DNA from: Candidatus Woesebacteria bacterium RIFCSPLOWO2_01_FULL_39_23
GTDB taxonomy: Bacteria; Patescibacteriota; Microgenomatia; UBA8517
Assembly: GCA_001793095.1 (NCBI GenBank)
Contig: MGHG01000007.1
Coordinates: forward strand, 1,306-65,305
Direction of reading: 5' to 3'
DNA length: 64,000 nucleotides
Each line of letters opens with the position of its first letter. Positions within the stretch are counted from its first letter, which is position 1. The notes under the pieces were generated by a model that did no database searches, was not told the origin of the DNA, and saw only the letters and a list, made by a program, of their open reading frames with translations. The position numbers and the translations under genes are program-made. Below, in pieces: positions 57,926 through 64,000 of the stretch.

Positions 57926-59281
57926 GTGGATGAATTGAACGCTTATATGTCATCCTCCTTTAGAGGAAACCCTGCCTTTAAAGGCAGGGAGGATGTCATA
58001 ACCAACTACTATGAAATTTTCCATTTACCATTTGTCATTTATCACTTGTTATTTATATTGATGCCTTCTATCTGTCTTTATTTTCAGGTTCATCAGCCGA
58101 TGCGGGTTAAAAAATACCGCATTTTTGACGTTGGGACTGATCATGACTACTTTAACGATACAGGTGAATCCAATCTTAATAATAAAAAAATTCTCAGGAA
58201 GGTTGCTGATAAGTCTTATCTGCCTGCAAATAAGTTACTCTTGAAACTTCTGAAAAAATATCCTGAACTTCGTCTCAGTTATTCTTTTTCGGGAGTTTTT
58301 CTGGAACAGCTTAAAGACCAGCTTCCGCATGTTCTAGGCTCATTTAGGGATTTGGTAAAGACCGGACAAGTTGAAATATTAAATGAAACTTATTATCACT
58401 CGTTGGCGTTTTTCTACTCGAGGGCAGAATTTGAGAGCCAAGTTAACATGCATAAAGATTTAATATGGAAACTGTTCAAAGTAGAATCTGAGGTTTTCAG
58501 AAACACCGAGCTCGCTTACAATAATGATTTGGCTATGTGGGCTGATTCGAAGGGATATAAAGGCATTTTAGCTGAAGGTTGGGATTCGTTCCTCGGCTGG
58601 CGGAGTCCGAATTTTGTCTATCAACCGACAGGTACTAAAAAAATTAAACTGCTTCTTAAAAATTATAAATTATCGGACGATATCGCATTCAGGTTTTCAG
58701 AGAAAAGCTGGAAAGAATGGCCGCTGACCGCGGATAAGTTTGCGCGGTGGGTTGATGCAATAAACGGCAATGGCCAGATAGTTAATCTTTTTATGGATTA
58801 TGAAACTTTTGGTGAACATCAATGGAAGGAACAGGGCATTTTTGGGTTTTTAGAGCACTTGCCGTCAGAAATATTAAAACACCAAGACAATAATTTTGTG
58901 ACGCCCAGTGAGGCTGTAAAAAAATATCCGGCAATGGATGAGGTTGACGTTCCCGGTGTTGTAACATGGGCAGATACGGAAAGAGATCTGTCTGCGTGGG
59001 TCGGTAATTCTATTCAATCGTCTGCTCTTACGCTTTTATACAAAATGGAAAAAAAGATCTTAGATACCGGAAACCCCAAAATTATTCAAGACTGGCGCAG
59101 GCTCCAAACATCGGACCATTTTTATTATATGTGTACAAAATGGTTCTCTGATGGCGATGTGCATAAATATTTTAACCCCTACGAATCTCCTTATGATGCG
59201 TTTATCAGTTATATGAGCGCGCTGAGTGATCTTAAGTTAAGGACAAAGGCGACCAGGAAAAGGAGAGTGAAAAATGTCTAA
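57926..59281 (+). CDS. Glycoside hydrolase family 57 (alpha-amylase, branching or 4-alpha-glucanotransferase type)
   Basis: HQP motif (FQVHQPMR), catalytic region DYETFGEHQW and GH57 (beta/alpha)7 barrel pattern. Confidence 0.8.
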   Translation: MDELNAYMSSSFRGNPAFKGREDVITNYYEIFHLPFVIYHLLFILMPSICLYFQVHQPMRVKKYRIFDVGTDHDYFNDTGESNLNNKKILRKVADKSYLPANKLLLKLLKKYPELRLSYSFSGVFLEQLKDQLPHVLGSFRDLVKTGQVEILNETYYHSLAFFYSRAEFESQVNMHKDLIWKLFKVESEVFRNTELAYNNDLAMWADSKGYKGILAEGWDSFLGWRSPNFVYQPTGTKKIKLLLKNYKLSDDIAFRFSEKSWKEWPLTADKFARWVDAINGNGQIVNLFMDYETFGEHQWKEQGIFGFLEHLPSEILKHQDNNFVTPSEAVKKYPAMDEVDVPGVVTWADTERDLSAWVGNSIQSSALTLLYKMEKKILDTGNPKIIQDWRRLQTSDHFYYMCTKWFSDGDVHKYFNPYESPYDAFISYMSALSDLKLRTKATRKRRVKNV

Positions 59282-61268
59282 AGCTGCTGTACTCGGTAAC
59301 GGAAAAGTATTAATCGGTTATGACCATTTCGGTCAGATTAAAGACCTTTACTACCATTATCCGGGACTTGAAAATCACATAGGCCGGGATATGGCTCATA
59401 AAATAGGAGTTTGGGCTAACGATAGATTGAGTTGGTTTTCCGATCAGGTTTGGGATGTAAAGGTTAGAAGCGTAGATGGCACCATGGCTGTGAATGTAAG
59501 CGCAGAAAGTCAGGATTTGGGGCTTAAGTTTGTATTTAACGATGTCGTTTATAACGAAAAGAACATTTTTGTAAGAGAGATTGGTGTTGAGAACCTGTTC
59601 GATGTCAGACGAACGGTAAAAGTATTTTTTAATCAGGAATTTAATATCAGCCAGACTCAAAAGGGTGATACATCTTATTATGATCCTGAAGATAATGTAA
59701 TTATTCATTATAAGGGGAGGCGCGTATTTCTTGTAAATATAGAATGCGATGGTCGTGGGTTTGACGATTACAGCGTCGGACTAATAGGTATTGAAGGCAA
59801 AGATGGAACTTTTAAGGACGCCGAGGATGGTAAATTAAGTAAGAATCCGATAGAACACGGGCAGGTGGATTCCATAATAGGAATAAGCTTGGATATAGGA
59901 GCACGGGATAAAAAGACTTTTTACTACTGGATGACGATCGGCAAGTCTATATTAAATGTCAAAGCACTTAACAAACTTGTCAAAGAGAGAACACCTGGGG
60001 ATATTATAAAAAGTACGGAAGATTATTGGCAAGCTTGGGTAGACAATCAAAATTTCAGTTTTTATTCATTGAGTGACACAATTATTAATGAGTTTAAAAG
60101 GTCACTTCTTATTATCAGAACCCATGTAAGCTATAACGGAGCTATTATTGCCTCGGGTGACTCGGATATGCTCCAGTATGGGCGGGATACTTACTCATAC
60201 GTTTGGCCGCGAGACGCTGCTTTTGCAAACCTAGCTTTGGTTAAATCCGGGGATTTTAATGCGTCCAGACGCTTTTTTGAGTTTTGCCGGGATATTATTT
60301 CTCCCGAAGGTTTCTTTATGCATAAATATCGACCCGATCATGCTCTTGGATCGTCCTGGCATCCTTGGGTGCACGAAGGAATTAAAAATCTTCCCATTCA
60401 GGAAGATGAAACAGCTCTCGTAATCTATGCTCTTTGGACGCATTTTGAGATGTCAAAGGATTTGGAGTTTATCGAGAGTCTGTATAATCCGCTAATTAAA
60501 AAAGCTGCTGAGTTTATGGCGGATTATATTGATGAAAAAACTTTACTTCCAAAGGAAAGTTACGATCTATGGGAGATGAAATATGGCGTTTCAACTTTTA
60601 CAGCAGCCTCGGTTTATGGGGCATTAGTTGTTGCTTCAAAATTTGCTGAAGTTTTGGGGAAAGATAAAAGTGCTGCGAAATATAAAGCTACGGCCGAAAA
60701 AATCAAAGATGCGATTTTAAAATATTTATATGACGATAAAGGAGGTTATTTTTATAAGCTTGTAGCTTTGGAAAAACAAGGTATTGTTATTGATAAAACA
60801 CTCGATATGTCGAGTGTTTATGGCATCTATAAATTTGGTGTTTTAGCATATAATGATCCGAGACTTAAAAAAGCATTTGAGATTACAAAAGAAAAGCTTG
60901 GGGTTAAGGGCGGGGTGGGAGGGTTAGCCAGATTTGAAGGTGACCAATACCATAATCCGGGCGGTAATATTCCGGGTAACCCGTGGATTGTAACGACACT
61001 ATGGGAAACTGAATATAATATTGATTTTCTTAAAAAACAAAGCGAACTTCCCGATGTCGTTAAGGATTTTACTTGGGTAACACAAAAAGCCCAACCTTCC
61101 GGAGTATTGCCCGAACAGCTCAATGCGTATACTGGCCAGGAGCTCTCAGCATCTCCTTTAATATGGAGCCATGCCCAATATGTTCTCGTCATCATCAAGT
61201 ATTTGGAAAAACTTGAAGAATTGGGGATTTGTAAAGCATGCTACCCCCTTGGGAAAAACAGTAAATAG
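59274..61268 (+). CDS. Glycoside hydrolase family 15 (glucoamylase/glucodextranase-like) with N-terminal beta-sandwich domain
   Basis: GH15 (alpha/alpha)6 motifs: YVWPRDAAF, LWEMKYGVSTFTAASVYGAL and SWHPWVHEG. Confidence 0.85.
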   Translation: MSKAAVLGNGKVLIGYDHFGQIKDLYYHYPGLENHIGRDMAHKIGVWANDRLSWFSDQVWDVKVRSVDGTMAVNVSAESQDLGLKFVFNDVVYNEKNIFVREIGVENLFDVRRTVKVFFNQEFNISQTQKGDTSYYDPEDNVIIHYKGRRVFLVNIECDGRGFDDYSVGLIGIEGKDGTFKDAEDGKLSKNPIEHGQVDSIIGISLDIGARDKKTFYYWMTIGKSILNVKALNKLVKERTPGDIIKSTEDYWQAWVDNQNFSFYSLSDTIINEFKRSLLIIRTHVSYNGAIIASGDSDMLQYGRDTYSYVWPRDAAFANLALVKSGDFNASRRFFEFCRDIISPEGFFMHKYRPDHALGSSWHPWVHEGIKNLPIQEDETALVIYALWTHFEMSKDLEFIESLYNPLIKKAAEFMADYIDEKTLLPKESYDLWEMKYGVSTFTAASVYGALVVASKFAEVLGKDKSAAKYKATAEKIKDAILKYLYDDKGGYFYKLVALEKQGIVIDKTLDMSSVYGIYKFGVLAYNDPRLKKAFEITKEKLGVKGGVGGLARFEGDQYHNPGGNIPGNPWIVTTLWETEYNIDFLKKQSELPDVVKDFTWVTQKAQPSGVLPEQLNAYTGQELSASPLIWSHAQYVLVIIKYLEKLEELGICKACYPLGKNSK

Positions 61269-61291
61269 TTTTGAGTTATAAGTTATATCTT

Positions 61292-62104
61292 ATGTATTTA
61301 CTATTTGATATAGGTGGGACTAAAACTCGATTGGCTATCTCAAGAGACGGTGAGAATTTTATGTCATTTGAGATAAAAGACACTCCCGAGGATTTTGAAA
61401 GCGGGATCACAATGTTTGGGGAATATGTAAAATCTCAGGGAATCGGGATCCAGAAAGTAGTGGGAGGTATTGCCGGCGTTTTGAATAGCGAAAAAACTAC
61501 TTTGACATTTTCTCCAAATCTTGCTGGTTGGATCGGAAAAAATCTGAAAAGTTCGCTTTCAAGAATTGTCGGCACAAAGGAAGTTTATCTTGAAAATGAT
61601 GCAGCCCTTGACGGATTGGGTGAGGCGGTTTTCGGATCAGGAAAGGGAGCGAGAATAGTAGCCTTTATCACAGTCAGTACCGGAGTTGGCGGGGCGCGGA
61701 TAGTTAATAAAAGAATTGATGTGAGTAATTATGGGTTTGAGCCAGGCCATCAAATTTTGGAAGTTGGCCAAAAAGGGTTAATTGATTTAGAGGGATTAAT
61801 TGGAGGAGCGTCAATACAAAAAAAATATAACATTAGTCCGATGGATTTAAAAGATGACAATATCTGGCAGGAAATTTATCATCATCTTGCTATCGGGTTA
61901 ACTAATGTATCTGTATTTTGGTCTCCGGATATTATTGTTTTGGGTGGTGGGGTTGTCGCATCAGATTACTTTTCTATAGATTCGCTGACGGCAAAGTTTA
62001 AAGAGGTTTTCAATGTTTTTCCCGAAATCCCAATTATTAAGAAATCCACTCTAGGCGATCATGCGGGATTGTATGGTGCCCTACACTTACTTAAACAAAA
62101 CTAA
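61292..62104 (+). CDS. ROK/glucokinase-family sugar kinase
   Basis: LLFDIGGTKTRLAI phosphate-1 motif and DAALDGLGEAVFG. The ATG at 61292 is preferred over the TTG at 61271. Confidence 0.7.
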   Translation: MYLLFDIGGTKTRLAISRDGENFMSFEIKDTPEDFESGITMFGEYVKSQGIGIQKVVGGIAGVLNSEKTTLTFSPNLAGWIGKNLKSSLSRIVGTKEVYLENDAALDGLGEAVFGSGKGARIVAFITVSTGVGGARIVNKRIDVSNYGFEPGHQILEVGQKGLIDLEGLIGGASIQKKYNISPMDLKDDNIWQEIYHHLAIGLTNVSVFWSPDIIVLGGGVVASDYFSIDSLTAKFKEVFNVFPEIPIIKKSTLGDHAGLYGALHLLKQN

Positions 62105-62126
62105 ATCCGGTGTATAATTAGCTCTC

Positions 62127-63215
62127 ATGAAAAACTATTTTAAATCTTCTGTGGGGAATATTCTCTTACCTCTTTTCTTTCCTGATGCAACCCAGTCGGT
62201 AGTAAAAACTTTGGACTCTTTGGATATCGAGGCGACTTCAACCCCGGGGGTCTTAGTGAATACCTATCATCTATATAGAGAGTTGGGTAATACTATTTTT
62301 GAAAAATTTGACGGTATAAGAGAATTTATGGGCTGGAAAGGTGCAGTAATTTCAGATTCGGGCGGCTTTCAAATTATGAGTATTATTAAATCCAAATCAG
62401 GGAAGGGCAAGGTTAGTGATGTTGGTATAGCCATTCATACTTCTAAGAACAAAAAAATACTTTTAACACCGGAAAAGTCTATTGGATATCAGCTTCTCCT
62501 AAGAACTGACTTGGTGGTTGTTTTGGATGATTTTACTCCAATGTCAGCAACTTATGAGGAAGCAAAAGAATCCGTTGAAAGAACGATTTCCTGGGCTATT
62601 AGGTGTAAGAAATATTTTGATGAACATACAACCAAAGATTATAAACCCTATATTATAGGCGTGGTTCAAGGAGGAAAATATTTAGATTTAAGAAAATACT
62701 GTTGTGAAGAACTGGTTAAGATAGGCTTTGACGGGTTAGGTTATGGGGGTTGGCCAATTAATGAGTCAGGAAAATTTGATTATGAGATAGCGGAGCTGAT
62801 AGCAACAAACTCACCCAAAAGTTGCCTGCTGTATGGTTTGGGAATCGGAAAGCCTGATGAAATTGTAAAGCTTGTTAAAATGGGTTATCGGATTTTTGAC
62901 TGTGTCTTACCTACGCGCGACGCTAGACACAAAAGACTGTATGTATACACCGCTAAATCAATTGATGAAATTAATTTGGATTCGGATAAATTTTACAGAT
63001 ACTACGTTCCTGACAAGCAAATGTATTTCGCAGATAAAAATCCAATATCTTCGGCTTGCGATTGTCTTCTCTGCAAGCATTACTCACGCTCGTATCTAGC
63101 GCATCTTTTTAGAATTGGTGATATGAGTGCGCTAAGGTTGTCGACCATTCACAACTTAAGATTCTACTCAATCCTCATGGAAAAATTGCAGTATAATTAC
63201 CTTCATGGAAAATAA
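62127..63215 (+). CDS. tgt: tRNA-guanine transglycosylase family protein (Tgt-like)
   Basis: DSGGFQ catalytic motif and a zinc site CDCLLCKHYSRSYLAHL (CxCxxC...H). Confidence 0.8.
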   Translation: MKNYFKSSVGNILLPLFFPDATQSVVKTLDSLDIEATSTPGVLVNTYHLYRELGNTIFEKFDGIREFMGWKGAVISDSGGFQIMSIIKSKSGKGKVSDVGIAIHTSKNKKILLTPEKSIGYQLLLRTDLVVVLDDFTPMSATYEEAKESVERTISWAIRCKKYFDEHTTKDYKPYIIGVVQGGKYLDLRKYCCEELVKIGFDGLGYGGWPINESGKFDYEIAELIATNSPKSCLLYGLGIGKPDEIVKLVKMGYRIFDCVLPTRDARHKRLYVYTAKSIDEINLDSDKFYRYYVPDKQMYFADKNPISSACDCLLCKHYSRSYLAHLFRIGDMSALRLSTIHNLRFYSILMEKLQYNYLHGK

Positions 63216-63696
63216 CACAAAAATAGTGTTTAACAGGAAAAATTTAACCATTATTGGAGTATTTGTTTTAGTTATGAGTGCAATATTGGTTAGTTCCTTA
63301 TTAATAATCGGGTCGAGATCTGCTAAAGTAGATAAAGAGGAGGTGACTCAAGTGACCGATACGACTGCAACTAATACCGAAATAAAGATAGAAGACTTAA
63401 AAGTCGGTACGGGTAAGGAGGCGAAGAGTGGTAACAAAGTCAGTGTTAATTATCTGGGAACTTTAACAGACGGAACGAAATTTGACAGTTCATATGATAG
63501 GAACCAGCCTTTTAGGTTTGGTTTGGGAGCGGGTGAGGTAATACCCGGTTGGGATCAGGGTGTTGTCGGTATGAAAGAAGGCGGGAAGAGAAAGCTCACT
63601 ATTCCACCTGCTCTTGGTTATGGTGACAGGGAAACGGGTCCTGTCCCTGCCAATTCTACACTCGTCTTCGAAATCGAGCTTCTCAAAGTCGAATAA
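63205..63696 (+). CDS. FKBP-type peptidyl-prolyl cis-trans isomerase, membrane-anchored
   Basis: YLGTLTDGTKFDSSYDRNQPFRFGLGAGEVIPGWDQGVVGMKEGGKRKLTIPPALGYG FKBP core. Confidence 0.9.
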   Translation: MENNTKIVFNRKNLTIIGVFVLVMSAILVSSLLIIGSRSAKVDKEEVTQVTDTTATNTEIKIEDLKVGTGKEAKSGNKVSVNYLGTLTDGTKFDSSYDRNQPFRFGLGAGEVIPGWDQGVVGMKEGGKRKLTIPPALGYGDRETGPVPANSTLVFEIELLKVE

Positions 63697-63767
63697 TTTT
63701 CTTGACAAGGTCTCACCTTGTCATTTGGTTTTTTATTCTGCAGGTTGAAGGTGATATTATTAAGCTA

Positions 63768-64000
63768 ATGCAAAGATTTACTCCTTTGGTTGATTTTTTG
63801 AGCCGAACCTTAACTCCTTTTAAAGTCGGAAGGGTATATATCGAACCGACGTATTGGCAAGCGGGAACAATAATAATTCTTCTTTTTCTTTTAGTCTTTA
63901 CCTTAGCCAGGATGAGGTGGTTATATGTGAACTGGCATTTGGGTAAACACTCCTTTTCGATGCTATTTTGGGGCTTTTTGTTGGCAATTATTATCGAAGG
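63768..64000 (+). CDS. Hypothetical membrane protein (N-terminal part; runs off the window)
   Basis: ATG 63768 gives MQRFTPLVDFLSR...IIILLFLLVFTLA TM. It is open to the window end. Confidence 0.4.
   Translation, partial: MQRFTPLVDFLSRTLTPFKVGRVYIEPTYWQAGTIIILLFLLVFTLARMRWLYVNWHLGKHSFSMLFWGFLLAIIIE

Noticed and set aside
1-64000. CRISPR arrays or cas genes
   Set aside because: There are no regularly spaced direct repeats of 24-40 nt and no Cas-like ORFs anywhere in the window.

Overview
This is an AT-rich, densely packed bacterial window of about 75 protein genes, 2 tRNAs and no CRISPR array. The coding density, many small membrane proteins and a GT4/GH57/GH15/glucokinase glucan cluster are reminiscent of Patescibacteria/CPR-like genomes, but that assignment is inference only.

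Two separate copper and thiol-stress islands stand out.
- Island 1 (1..6262, all on the minus strand) runs from a BlaI/CopY-type repressor and a BlaR1-like M56 peptidase with a Cys-rich mini-sensor tail into a tight array: DsbA-like oxidoreductase, a CxxC membrane protein, a DUF3105-like protein, a DUF305 CopM-like Met-rich protein, a 40-aa CPMHP heavy-metal-binding mini-protein, a GDCCVxC zinc-ribbon mini-protein, a sortase, a 43-aa Met/Gly-rich membrane peptide, then an OmpR-family response regulator and a histidine kinase (copMRS-like). A 13-nt CTACGAAKTGTAG motif occurs just upstream of both the blaI-like and dsbA-like start codons.
- Island 2 (26134..32625) is a CsoR-controlled divergon with a textbook CsoR-type GC-rich pseudo-palindrome between the arms. 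One arm holds csoR, a DUF1573-like CxC protein, an HCPLC membrane protein, a rhodanese fused to an unrecognised CC/C/H domain, a small cupredoxin-like protein and CopA. The other arm holds a permease with a C-terminal cupredoxin-like domain and CopZ.

A large serine recombinase (7196..8887) sits behind a 68-bp nested palindrome that looks like an att site, and its 3' end overlaps tRNA-Gln(CUG). Next to it is an unusual duplicated unit: a YhbQ-type GIY-YIG gene, a 92-nt direct repeat that carries the last 18 codons of a second GIY-YIG gene plus the first 19 nt of the tRNA, and an 85-nt GC-rich structured island. A second GIY-YIG gene follows tRNA-Glu(CUC) at 16.6 kb behind a similar GC-rich hairpin.

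Other notable features are two covarying GC-rich hairpins in the LCP-gene leader, a consensus promoter plus intrinsic terminator in the greA leader, and a membrane-anchored ClpA/B-like double-AAA+ protein. The rest is housekeeping (lon, secA, lysS, serS, greA, uppP, dgkA, rarA, gdh, tdh-kbl, tgt-like, FKBP).

All calls come from reading the sequence and the ORF track. No database searches were run.
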